Assembly (NCBI GenBank): GCA_030627905.1
Contig: DAOVRZ010000016.1
Span: 1,897 to 65,896 of the forward strand
Direction of reading: 5' to 3'
Length of the DNA: 64,000 bases
Source: Halanaerobiales bacterium
Lineage (GTDB): Bacteria > Bacillota > Halanaerobiia > DY22613
Below are positions 50,617-60,253 of this stretch, in pieces (positions within the stretch are counted from its first letter, which is position 1; each line of letters opens with the position of its first letter). Position numbers and translations under genes: made by a program. Under the pieces are notes generated by a model that was not told the origin of the DNA, did not search any database, and saw nothing but the letters and a program-made list of their open reading frames with translations.

Positions 50617-51915
50617 ATGCTTGAACGTTACAGTTTTCCCGAGATGGCTCAAATTTGGAGTGAGGAGAACGTCTATCAGAAATGGTTGGACATAGAGATT
50701 GCTACAGCAGAAGTAATGGCTGAATTGGGTGATATACCTAAAGAGGCTGCTAGTGAAATTAAAAAGAATGCTAAGTTTTCTGTAGAACGGATTCTTGAGA
50801 TTGAAAAACGAACTCGTCATGATATGCTGGCTTTTTTAGAAGCAGTTAACGAAAATTTAGGCGATGAATCAAAATATGTTCATAAAGGTTTAACCTCCAG
50901 TGATGTGAAAGATACTGCTACTGCTTTGTTATTAAAAGAGGCTGGAGAGTTAATTTTAAAAGAATTGAAATGTTTATGTGATGCTATTGGTAAAAAAGCA
51001 TTAGAACATAAAGATACTCTGATGGTTGGGCGAACTCATGGAATTCATGGGGAGCCGATTACTTTTGGTCTGAAATTAGCTGTTTGGTATGAAGAATTGA
51101 AACGCCAGATTAAGAGGATGAAAGATGCTGTTTCTGATATAGCGGTTGGGCAACTTTCAGGAGCAGTAGGTACTTATGCAAATATAGATCCTGTAGTTGA
51201 AGAGAATGTCTGTGAATTGCTTAAACTACAACCTGCTTTAGTTAGTAACCAGATTTTGCAACGTGATCGTCATGCATATTATTTAAGCGTGTTAGCTAAT
51301 ATTGCTTCTTCATTAGATAAATTTGCAACTGAGATTCGAAATATGCAGCGAACAGATCTTTTAGAAGTAGAAGAAGCCTTTAAAAAAGGTCAGAAGGGTT
51401 CATCTGCTATGCCACATAAGAAAAATCCAATTACAAGTGAACGGATTTCTGGTCTTTCAAGGATTGTTCGTGCAAATGCTATGGTTGGTTTTGAAAATGT
51501 ACCTCTCTGGCATGAACGCGATTTGACTCATTCTTCAGCAGAAAGGGTTATACTTCCAGATAGTACAATTTTAATTCATTATATGATTAAGAAATTTACT
51601 ACTGTTATTGATGAGTTAGGGATTCATGAAGATCGGATGATGGAAAATTTAGATCGAACATTGGGCTTAGTGTTCTCGCAGAAGGTGATGCTGACGCTGG
51701 TAGATAAAGGACTTTTAAGAGAAGAAGCTTATTCTTATGTTCAGTCAAATGCTCTTAAGGCCTGGAAAGATAGAGTAGAATTTAAAAAACTATTATTAGA
51801 AGATGAGCGCGTGATGGAGCATTTAACTCCTGAAGCGTTAGACAAAATATTTAATTATGAAGATTATATTATTCATGTAGATGCTATTTTTACGAGAATT
51901 GGCCTTCTATCTTAG
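50617..51915 (+). CDS. purB: Adenylosuccinate lyase
   Basis: 432-aa ORF with the fumarate-lyase signature GSSAMPHKKNP. Confidence 0.96.
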   Translation: MLERYSFPEMAQIWSEENVYQKWLDIEIATAEVMAELGDIPKEAASEIKKNAKFSVERILEIEKRTRHDMLAFLEAVNENLGDESKYVHKGLTSSDVKDTATALLLKEAGELILKELKCLCDAIGKKALEHKDTLMVGRTHGIHGEPITFGLKLAVWYEELKRQIKRMKDAVSDIAVGQLSGAVGTYANIDPVVEENVCELLKLQPALVSNQILQRDRHAYYLSVLANIASSLDKFATEIRNMQRTDLLEVEEAFKKGQKGSSAMPHKKNPITSERISGLSRIVRANAMVGFENVPLWHERDLTHSSAERVILPDSTILIHYMIKKFTTVIDELGIHEDRMMENLDRTLGLVFSQKVMLTLVDKGLLREEAYSYVQSNALKAWKDRVEFKKLLLEDERVMEHLTPEALDKIFNYEDYIIHVDAIFTRIGLLS

Positions 51916-51935
51916 AGAAAGGTGGGGGAATTGAG

Positions 51936-53213
51936 ATGAAAAACATGATTGTTGTAGGTGCACAATGGGGAGATGAAGGTAAGGGTAGAATTACAGATAT
52001 GTTGGCGGAAACTGCTGATGTGGTGGCTAGATTTAGTGGTGGAAACAATGCTGGTCATACAGTTATTGTTGGTACTGAACGTTTTGAATTACACTTAATC
52101 CCTTCAGGTATTTTGTATCCTGAAAAAAGAAATGTGATTGGTAATGGTGTTGTTATAAACCCTATTGCTTTAGTGAAAGAGATGGAAGGGTTAGAAGAGC
52201 GCGGTATCAGCACTGATAATCTTTTTCTTAGCGAAAATGCTCATGTGGTTATGCCTTATCATCTGTTGTTAGATGAATTAGAAGAAAAGCGAAAAGGTAA
52301 GAACCAGATTGGTACTACTAAAAAAGGGATTGGTCCAGCTTATACTGATAAAGCTGCACGTCGTGGAATAAGGATGGCAGATTTATTGAATGAAGAAATT
52401 TTGCTTAAAAAGTTAGAGCGTAATTTAGAGTTTAATAACTTATTGATTACCAAAGTTTATGATGCTGAACCTGTTAATGTAGATCAGATTATTGAAAGCT
52501 TACGGCCTTATATTGAAAAACTGCGGAAACATATCACTAATACTTCACTTTTGATTGATGAATGTCATAAGGCAGGCAAAGGTGTATTCTTTGAAGGTGC
52601 TCAAGGTACTCTTTTAGATATAGATCATGGAACATACCCATTTGTAACTTCTTCAAATCCAACTTCTGGTGGAGTTTGTCCAGGTAGTGGGATTGGTCCT
52701 ACTTTTATTCATGAGGTTATTGGTGTTACTAAAGCTTATGTGACCAGAGTAGGTGCTGGCCCATTCCCAACAGAATTGGAAAATGAGTTGGGTGAACTGT
52801 TACGGAAGAAGGGACATGAGTTTGGGGTAACTACAGGTCGTCCTCGGCGTTGTGGTTGGTTTGATCTTCCGATACATCGCCACGCAGTTAGAATAAATGG
52901 TTTAACTCAGGTTGCTTTAACTAAATTGGATGTATTAAGTGGATTTGAAAGTTTAAAAGTTTGCACAGGTTATAAATATGGTGACCAAATTCTAAAAGAT
53001 TTCCCAATGGATCAAAATATCGTTGGAGATTTGGAACCAATTTATGTAGAGTTACCAGGTTGGACAGAAGATATATCAAATATTCGGGAATATGATCAAC
53101 TTCCTGAAAATGCAAAGAAATATATAGAGTTTATCGAAGAGCAAAGTGGTGTCAAGATCACCATCATTGGTATTGGACCAGAAAGAGATCAAGCTATCCG
53201 ACGTGATAAGTAG
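51936..53213 (+). CDS. purA: Adenylosuccinate synthetase
   Basis: VVGAQWGDEGKGRITD P-loop, GNNAGHT and GTTKKGIGPAY. Confidence 0.97.
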   Translation: MKNMIVVGAQWGDEGKGRITDMLAETADVVARFSGGNNAGHTVIVGTERFELHLIPSGILYPEKRNVIGNGVVINPIALVKEMEGLEERGISTDNLFLSENAHVVMPYHLLLDELEEKRKGKNQIGTTKKGIGPAYTDKAARRGIRMADLLNEEILLKKLERNLEFNNLLITKVYDAEPVNVDQIIESLRPYIEKLRKHITNTSLLIDECHKAGKGVFFEGAQGTLLDIDHGTYPFVTSSNPTSGGVCPGSGIGPTFIHEVIGVTKAYVTRVGAGPFPTELENELGELLRKKGHEFGVTTGRPRRCGWFDLPIHRHAVRINGLTQVALTKLDVLSGFESLKVCTGYKYGDQILKDFPMDQNIVGDLEPIYVELPGWTEDISNIREYDQLPENAKKYIEFIEEQSGVKITIIGIGPERDQAIRRDK

Positions 53214-53301
53214 TTATCAATTCTGGCCGCAGACGTATTTTGTTCTGTTTGTCCAGTGTAGTAATATGTTGTTGTATTACAAAAAATTGATATGAGCCAA
53301 A

Positions 53302-53335
53302 AAGAAACTCACCCTAGGGTGGGTTTCTTTTTTTT
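53302..53335 (+). terminator. Rho-independent terminator after purA
   Basis: aagaaactcaccc tag ggtgggtttctt followed by tttttt. Confidence 0.8.
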
Positions 53336-53581
53336 ATAAAATAATTAATAAGATGCAGAATATGTGATTAATTCTTATTTAGTAGTTTATTTATTTAAAA
53401 TTTAAAAAAATTATTCTAAATAGAAGAAAAAAATGTGCTATACTTATTGACATTAGTGGTGATTAGTGCAATAATAATGAGTGTAAATAGCTAAATGTGC
53501 TATACTTTTTAATCTATCTGATAACAGTAATTTGGTGTAGTTTAGGAATCTACAGCAAAACCTGTATAAGGGGGAAGTAAA

Positions 53582-55264
53582 ATGGCAACAAAGAGAAGTT
53601 TTGAATGGGATAAAATTGGATCCAACAACCCTATATTTTCTCGGATTAGAACAACAGTTGAGACCGCTTTTTATGGAAATAACGTCGTAGATGTGAATAA
53701 TTTAAAAGAGGCATACAACTTAGCTTTTGCTTCACCTGGAACAATTGTTACAGATATGCCTGTCTATAAGGCAGAAGAAATTGGATTAGATAGAGATTCA
53801 AAGATTCTTGTTTTTAATGATGGAGCTGTAAAAGGTAGATGTGCTGCTGCAAGAAAAATCTTAGGAGAATCAGGGATGGATCAAGAAGAATATGCAGGTA
53901 AAATTCGAGAAGCAATCTATCATACGCGAAGAAAAAAATTATATCATGCACAGGTTTGTATAGGTCTTCATCCTGATTTTATGGTTAAAGCACACCTATT
54001 AATACCTGAAGGCGAAGAAAATATTTTGTATTCATGGATGCTAAACTTTCAATATATGAATGAAGAGTATTGTAGTATGTATAAAGATTCAAAAGTCCTT
54101 GAAAGCGAAGGAGATATATACATATTTTCTGATCCAACTTGGTCACATCCAGTTCATCCAATGGGGTTAACTTTTTTTGATCCAGAACATAATTGCGCGG
54201 CATTATTAGGGATGCGTTATTTTGGAGAACATAAAAAAGGTACTTTAACTCTTGCTTGGGGAATTGCTAATAGAAATGGATATGCTTCCTGTCATGGTGG
54301 GCAGAAAAGATATAATTTACCCGATGGACGTAAGTTTGTAGCTGGTGTATTTGGTCTATCTGGATCAGGTAAATCAACGATAACTCATGCTAAACATAAT
54401 AACAAGTATGATATTACTGTCTTACATGATGATGCTTTTATTATTTCCGCTGAAGACGGTTCTTCGATTGCATTAGAGCCATCATACTTTGATAAAACTC
54501 AGGATTATCCACTAAGTTCTGATGATAATAAGTATTTGGTGACAGTACAAAATAATGGAGTAACGATAGATGAGGAAGGCAAGATTGTTCTTGTAACTGA
54601 AGATTTAAGAAACGGAAATGGTCGGGCAGTAAAATCAAAACTTTGGTCACCAAATCGAGTGGACAAGTTTGATGAGCCAATCAATGCAGTTTTTTGGTTA
54701 ATGAAAGATTCGACACTTCCTCCAGTTCTAAAATTAGAGGGTGCTATATTAGCTTCTGTAATGGGGGCAACTTTAGCTACTAAACGGACATCAGCAGAAA
54801 GACTTGCACCAGGTGTTGATCCAGAAGCTCTGATTGTAGAACCATATGCTAATCCTTTTAGAACGTATCCTCTAGCTGATGATTATAAAAAGTTTAAGTC
54901 TTTGTTTTCAGAAAATAAAGTAGATTGCTACATTTTAAATACAGGTTATTTTATGGATAAAAAAGTTACCCCACAGGTGACATTAGGTGTGCTAGAAGAA
55001 ATTATTGAAGAACGGGCTGAATTTAGTCAGTGGGGGAGTTTTTCAGATATTGAAATTATGGAAATCGAAGGATTCATTCCAAATATGGATGATAGAAAAT
55101 ATAAACAAAAATTACTAGAGAGAATGAAAGATAGAGTAAGATTTGTGGAGTCTAGAGAAGTTAAAAATGGTGGGTTTGATAGATTACCTGAAGAGGCTTT
55201 AGAAGTATTACAAAAGATCGTTAATGAGATTGAATCATTTAACATAGAGAGACTCATAATATAG
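53582..55264 (+). CDS. Phosphoenolpyruvate carboxykinase (ATP)-like protein
   Basis: 560-aa ORF with kinase-1a loop FGLSGSGKSTITH and PckA-like length. Divergent from the E. coli or Bacillus PckA I can recall. Confidence 0.6.
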   Translation: MATKRSFEWDKIGSNNPIFSRIRTTVETAFYGNNVVDVNNLKEAYNLAFASPGTIVTDMPVYKAEEIGLDRDSKILVFNDGAVKGRCAAARKILGESGMDQEEYAGKIREAIYHTRRKKLYHAQVCIGLHPDFMVKAHLLIPEGEENILYSWMLNFQYMNEEYCSMYKDSKVLESEGDIYIFSDPTWSHPVHPMGLTFFDPEHNCAALLGMRYFGEHKKGTLTLAWGIANRNGYASCHGGQKRYNLPDGRKFVAGVFGLSGSGKSTITHAKHNNKYDITVLHDDAFIISAEDGSSIALEPSYFDKTQDYPLSSDDNKYLVTVQNNGVTIDEEGKIVLVTEDLRNGNGRAVKSKLWSPNRVDKFDEPINAVFWLMKDSTLPPVLKLEGAILASVMGATLATKRTSAERLAPGVDPEALIVEPYANPFRTYPLADDYKKFKSLFSENKVDCYILNTGYFMDKKVTPQVTLGVLEEIIEERAEFSQWGSFSDIEIMEIEGFIPNMDDRKYKQKLLERMKDRVRFVESREVKNGGFDRLPEEALEVLQKIVNEIESFNIERLII

Positions 55265-55286
55265 AGAGTCTCTTTTTTTTGTTAAA

Positions 55287-55362
55287 ATATACGAACGTTA
55301 TTAATGTATTTATATTAATCATTCGTAAATACATTGACAATACCAATGAAGTTTGATAATAT
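55287..55362 (+). promoter_or_regulatory. PurR-type PurBox pair plus promoter upstream of purD
   Basis: atataCGAACgtt (55287-55299) and inverted aatcaTTCGtaaat (55317-55330). TTGACA at 55334-55339, then TAATAT after 17 nt. Confidence 0.5.
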
Positions 55363-55434
55363 TGTTAGTGAAATGCGATTATGAGTTTACTTTTGTGTAT
55401 TAAAAATAAACTTCAAGGTAAGGGAGGAATACAG

Positions 55435-56706
55435 ATGAGAATTCTGGTAATTGGCAGTGGTGGACGTGAACATGCACTGGTTTGGAAGTTAGCTCAGAGT
55501 TCAAAAGTAGTTGAGATATATTGTGCACCTGGAAGTGATGGAATTGGTAAGATGGCTAAATTAGTGCCACTGGCTGTCGATGATTTAGATGGGTTGGTGA
55601 ATTGGGCCAGCGCTGAAAAGATTGATCTGACGATAGTTGGCCCGGAAGTACCGCTGACTATGGGTATTGTTGATCGATTTGAGGAAGCTGGCTTATCTAT
55701 CTTTGGCCCTTCAAAAGATGCAGCATGCCTAGAAGGAAGTAAAAAGTTTTCAAAGGATCTGATGCAAAAATACGGTATTCCTACAGCAGCTTATCGCATC
55801 TTTACAGATCCAAAAGAAGCGAAAAAATATATTGAAGAACAAGGCGTGCCTTTGGTAGTTAAAGCAGATGGTTTAGCTGCTGGGAAAGGTGTTATAGTGG
55901 CTCATGATATAGAGACTGCAATAAATGCCGTGGAAGATATAATGGAAGATGAAAAGTTCGGAGAAGCGGGTAGTCAGATTGTTGTCGAGGAATTTTTGGT
56001 AGGTAGAGAGCTTTCTTTGCTTGCTCTAACAGATGGAAATACAGTTATACCAATGACACCTGCACATGATCACAAAGCGGCTTACGATGGAGATAAAGGC
56101 CCAAATACTGGAGGAATGGGAGCATATTCCCCTTCTAATCTAGTAGATGAAAAGATGATTGAAGAGATTAATCGCGAGATATTGGAAGTGACTGTTTCTG
56201 CGTTAGCTAAAGAAGGAATTAAGTATAAGGGTGTATTGTATGCAGGTTTGATGTTGACAGAAGCTGGCCCAAAAGTTCTAGAATATAACGCCCGTTTTGG
56301 TGATCCTGAAACTCAGATTATTTTACCAAGGTTGGAAAATGATCTAGTAGAACTAATGGAGGCAGTAATTGAAGAGAGACTAGCTGATGCTAAGCTTACC
56401 TGGAAAGAGGAAAAAGCTCTTTGTGTAATCATGGCCTCTGGAGGCTACCCAGCATCTTATGAAAAAGGAAAAGAGATTCACGGATTAAATGAGAATGGTC
56501 AGGTTGTAGATGAAAATATTATTATTTTTCATGCTGGAACACGCTTCGAGGATGGAAAATGGTTGACCAATGGAGGAAGAGTAATTGCAGTAACAGCTTT
56601 AGGTGAAGGTTTTGCTGATGCTCAGAAAAAAGCATATGATGCTGCTGATAAAATTAAATTTGATGGTCAACATTATCGGAAAGATATAGGAAATAAAGCT
56701 TTATAG
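55435..56706 (+). CDS. purD: Phosphoribosylamine-glycine ligase
   Basis: MRILVIGSGGREHALVWKL after GGGAGG. ATP-grasp motifs. The ORF-track start at 55381 is too early. Confidence 0.96.
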   Translation: MRILVIGSGGREHALVWKLAQSSKVVEIYCAPGSDGIGKMAKLVPLAVDDLDGLVNWASAEKIDLTIVGPEVPLTMGIVDRFEEAGLSIFGPSKDAACLEGSKKFSKDLMQKYGIPTAAYRIFTDPKEAKKYIEEQGVPLVVKADGLAAGKGVIVAHDIETAINAVEDIMEDEKFGEAGSQIVVEEFLVGRELSLLALTDGNTVIPMTPAHDHKAAYDGDKGPNTGGMGAYSPSNLVDEKMIEEINREILEVTVSALAKEGIKYKGVLYAGLMLTEAGPKVLEYNARFGDPETQIILPRLENDLVELMEAVIEERLADAKLTWKEEKALCVIMASGGYPASYEKGKEIHGLNENGQVVDENIIIFHAGTRFEDGKWLTNGGRVIAVTALGEGFADAQKKAYDAADKIKFDGQHYRKDIGNKAL

Positions 56707-56757
56707 ATCGGTTTTGTTAACATAAATTTTTAATGATTAAAAAGGGGGAACTCAAAG

Positions 56758-57276
56758 ATGGACAAACCTTTAGTAGGAATTATGATGGGTAGTGACTCAG
56801 ATTTAAAAGTAATGAAGGATGTAGCTATTGTTTTAGAAAAACTAGATGTTTCTTATGAAATGACAATCATCTCAGCACATCGTACTCCAGAACGTGCAGA
56901 AAAATATGCTCGAACTGCTCATGAAAGAGGGTTAAAAGTAATAATTGCTGGTGCAGGTAAAGCTGCACACTTGGCTGGTGTAATTGCCGCTTTTACTCCT
57001 CTACCTGTTATTGGGCTTCCAATACTTACTTCTTCATTAGGTGGAGCAGATTCTCTTTACTCTATGGTTCAGATGCCATCTGGTGTACCGGTTGCTGTAG
57101 TGGCTTTAAATGGAGGGACGAATGCAGGAATTCTTGCAGCTCAAATGATTGGTACTGGTGATCTGAAAGTCAGAGAAACAATTGTTAAATATAAAGAAGA
57201 GATGAAAGTTAAAGTGAATGAGAAGGCTGAGAGACTTGAGAAGATTGGATATGAAGCTTATTTAGCAGAGATGTAA
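56758..57276 (+). CDS. purE: 5-(carboxyamino)imidazole ribonucleotide mutase
   Basis: VGIMMGSDSDLKVM, SAHRTP and AGAGKAAHLAGV. Confidence 0.96.
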   Translation: MDKPLVGIMMGSDSDLKVMKDVAIVLEKLDVSYEMTIISAHRTPERAEKYARTAHERGLKVIIAGAGKAAHLAGVIAAFTPLPVIGLPILTSSLGGADSLYSMVQMPSGVPVAVVALNGGTNAGILAAQMIGTGDLKVRETIVKYKEEMKVKVNEKAERLEKIGYEAYLAEM

Positions 57277-57457
57277 TATGTGATAACTCTCGGCCACTAA
57301 GCAAGAAGCGAACCTATTCTTTCAGTGGCATCTAAATTTTACTGATCATTACCTCGAATAAAGGCTTTGGCTAATGGGCTGAACTTTAATGGTATATTTA
57401 AAAGTAGGTAAAGAGATTTCTAAATTGAACGATTTAAATTAATTAAGTTGTATAAGG

Positions 57458-57619
57458 TTGACATGGAGATGTTTTTCGTGCATAATAAAGGCAAGCAATG
57501 AAATAGATTAAGTCCCACAGCTTTAAAGGTGGGTATAATAAATACTTTTAAAAGAAGCCGTAGACCGTGTAAGGTATAGCTTCTGGGAACCCTCAGCATA
57601 TCCTATGCTGAGGGTTTTT
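57458..57619 (+). ncRNA. Orphan promoter-to-terminator unit (candidate ~130-nt sRNA)
   Basis: TTGACA (57458-57463), 17 nt, CATAAT (57481-57486). Three hairpins follow (cccac/gtggg, gaagc/gcttc, ccctcagcata/tatgctgaggg plus ttttt ending at 57619). No ORF; I recognise no known family. Confidence 0.3.
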
Positions 57620-57999
57620 CCTATATGATCATTTAACAAATTACAAGTGTACCTATCATCTTCCATACTAGTCTATCAAGGGTGGTTGAATAGACTGAAA
57701 GACCTGTAATCACAAAGAGCATGGGTAGTCCGACTAAAACCGCTCGATTCGAAATATCAAATATAAGGGAAAAGTAGCATTGAAAGATTATCCATTTAGA
57801 TCGCCACGGTGAAGCGTATCATTATTGGTAGGTAAATATAAAGTGTGTTGGGTTACTTTCAAAATTTGCGGTTATAATAAAATAAGGGTATTGTTGTTTT
57901 CATAAAACTATTTTTTTGAAAATAGTTGCTATTATTTATGTTTTTGATTATACTAAAGTAAGAATATGAAAATAAGCAACCATTTTGGGGGGTGACACT

Positions 58000-59085
58000 A
58001 TGAAACCTTTTTCACCTTATAAATTACCTTTAAAAGAAAAAATTGATCCTCTATATTTTTATGATGATTTAATTCAGGCAAGTACGAATATTGGTAAATA
58101 CCAGATTATGTTAGAAAAAACTAAGATTGATGCTGAAATTTTAATGAATCCTTTATTATTAAATGAAGCAGTTCAGTCCACAAAAATTGAGGGAACACAA
58201 GTGACACTAGATGAAGTCCTGGAATCTGAAGTTGAAGAAAAAGAAAAAAATAATGATGTTAAAGAAGTTCTAAATTACCATAAAGCAATAAAGTACGGAA
58301 AGAGATTATTAACGCAAATACCTATATCAACAAGAATGTTTAAGGAACTACATAAAATTCTATTAAGTGATGGTGTTAGAGGAGCAAATCGAGCTCCTGG
58401 CGAATTTAGAATGATTCAAAATTTTATCGGACCAAAAGGATGTACTATTGAAACAGCAAGCTTTGTACCGTCTCCTCCACAAAGAGTAGATGAATATATG
58501 TCGAATTTAGATAATTATATAAATGAACCTACTGATAGTCTGTATCCTCTGGTAAGAATCGCAATTATTCATGCTCAGTTTGAAACGATTCATCCATTTT
58601 TAGACGGGAACGGTAGAATAGGAAGAATATTAATTCCACTATATCTATTTGATCAAAAAGTATCAGATAGCCCAAATTTATTTATAAGTGAAACTTTAGA
58701 AAAAGATAAACATAAATATTATAGGTTATTAAATGAGACTAGATCAAAAGAAAATTGGAATCAGTGGATAAAGTTTTTTTTAGAAAGTATTAATAAGCAA
58801 ATGGATAAAAGTTTTAATCTGATAAAAAATATAGATTCTCTTTATGAGCGGGATTTAAAATTAGCAATGGATGTTGTATCTAATAATAACATTGTAAAAA
58901 TTATGAATGTTATGTTTGGCAGTCCAATATTTACTATAAATAAAATGAGTGAACTTACAGGAATACCTTACGGAACATGCAGAAGATATATTTCTCAGTT
59001 AGAGGATAAAAATTTACTCTATTCTGATGATAGATCTAGAGGGAGAAAGTACTATTATTATAATCTGTTAGATTTATTTAGGTAA
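58000..59085 (+). CDS. Fic/DOC family protein (class II, with internal inhibitory helix and C-terminal wHTH)
   Basis: Active site HPFLDGNGRIGR. Inhibitory motif STKIEG ((S/T)xxxE(G/N)) upstream. The ATG at 58000 follows GGGGGG. Confidence 0.9.
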   Translation: MKPFSPYKLPLKEKIDPLYFYDDLIQASTNIGKYQIMLEKTKIDAEILMNPLLLNEAVQSTKIEGTQVTLDEVLESEVEEKEKNNDVKEVLNYHKAIKYGKRLLTQIPISTRMFKELHKILLSDGVRGANRAPGEFRMIQNFIGPKGCTIETASFVPSPPQRVDEYMSNLDNYINEPTDSLYPLVRIAIIHAQFETIHPFLDGNGRIGRILIPLYLFDQKVSDSPNLFISETLEKDKHKYYRLLNETRSKENWNQWIKFFLESINKQMDKSFNLIKNIDSLYERDLKLAMDVVSNNNIVKIMNVMFGSPIFTINKMSELTGIPYGTCRRYISQLEDKNLLYSDDRSRGRKYYYYNLLDLFR

Positions 59086-59247
59086 TATTTTGTAATTTAG
59101 CAAATAATTTAAATACATATTATAACATTGTAAATTTTATGAATGATAGCTCTAAGTGGGAGATGTTAAATACTGTCCCTTATTGTATTAGAGATGTAGT
59201 GAAAATTTATCAGAAATTTAAGTATTAAAAGATGGCAAATTGTAAAA

Positions 59248-59457
59248 ATGAATCTAAAAACCGCTAAGGCTTATAACTTGAAGCTTACTCTCAAAGAGTT
59301 TTGGGAAATAAAAGATATAACAGCTGCAGCAAAGTATCTAAAAATGTCAATGGATCCCATAGAGCTACCCACACAATATAGCGAAGAGCCAAAAACAAAT
59401 TATAGGAATAAGCAGTTGAAAGGTGAGATCGTTGCTAGATTAGGGTTTAGAATATGA
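59248..59457 (+). pseudogene. Transposase remnant (ISL3-like C-terminal fragment)
   Basis: KTAKAYNLKLTLKEFWE...LGFRI resembles the ISL3-family transposase C-terminus. Far too short to be functional. Confidence 0.45.
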
Positions 59458-59533
59458 AATGTAGGGATATGTTGACATGGATTTAATTATGAATTTGCTG
59501 ATGAATAAAAATCAAAAAACATATGAATAGCAA

Positions 59534-59606
59534 AATCAAAAATGTCTACATTTAATTATTAATGTAGACATTTTTGATTGACTGGACAAGTGATTTCATT
59601 TATAAT
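59534..59606 (+). promoter_or_regulatory. 19-bp perfect inverted repeat overlapping the abiE promoter
   Basis: aatcaaaaatgtctacatt (59534-59552) / aatgtagacatttttgatt (59561-59579). TTGACT at 59578-59583, 17 nt, TATAAT at 59601-59606. Confidence 0.55.
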
Positions 59607-59653
59607 TAATTCGTAAGTATACACTAAAAAATGAAAAAGGAGATAGTTTTGCA

Positions 59654-60253
59654 ATGAGTAAGTATGAAGAATACAAAAAAATATTTGATGAGCATAATGG
59701 TGTTATAAGGACGTCAGAATTTCAGGCAGCAGGCTATCATCATAAAATACTTAAAGAGCTTGTAGATCAAGGTATCATTGTGAAGATAAAAAGAGGTTAT
59801 TATGAGTGGCAGAATGAAGAATTTGTTTCAGATGCTACAATAATAACCAGACTTTTTCCGGATGCTGTAATATATTTAATTTCTTCGTTATTCATATATG
59901 GATATATAGACAGAACGCCAAATGAATGGCATCTTGCAGTTGTCAGAGGAAGTGCAAGACCAAGATTTAATATAGATTATCCTAAGGTTAAACCCTATTA
60001 CATTGATGAAAAATTTATGAGTATTGGTAAGACTAAAGATACTTATGAGGGTCAGGAGATTAATATTTTTGATAGAGATAGAACAATCTGCGATGTTATT
60101 AGGAATTCAAATAAAATTGATAAAGAATTAGTAAATCAAGCTGTAATGAATTATGTAAATGATCCGAAAAAAAACACTTCAAATCTTATGAAATATGCTA
60201 AAAAAATGAGAGCTGAGAAGAAAGTAAAAACAATAGTTGGGATGTGGTTATAG
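59654..60253 (+). CDS. abiEi: Type IV toxin-antitoxin / abortive infection antitoxin AbiEi
   Basis: N-terminal wHTH (GVIRTSEFQAAGYHHKILKELVDQGIIVKIKRGYYEW). 199 aa. Overlaps the downstream toxin gene. Confidence 0.85.
   Translation: MSKYEEYKKIFDEHNGVIRTSEFQAAGYHHKILKELVDQGIIVKIKRGYYEWQNEEFVSDATIITRLFPDAVIYLISSLFIYGYIDRTPNEWHLAVVRGSARPRFNIDYPKVKPYYIDEKFMSIGKTKDTYEGQEINIFDRDRTICDVIRNSNKIDKELVNQAVMNYVNDPKKNTSNLMKYAKKMRAEKKVKTIVGMWL

Noticed and set aside
57620-57984. Possible integrase, att or tRNA remnant in the gap before the fic gene
   Set aside because: I translated both strands by eye and found only short stop-riddled frames, with no tRNA T-arm (GGTTCGAATCC-like) motif. It is left as unexplained non-coding DNA.
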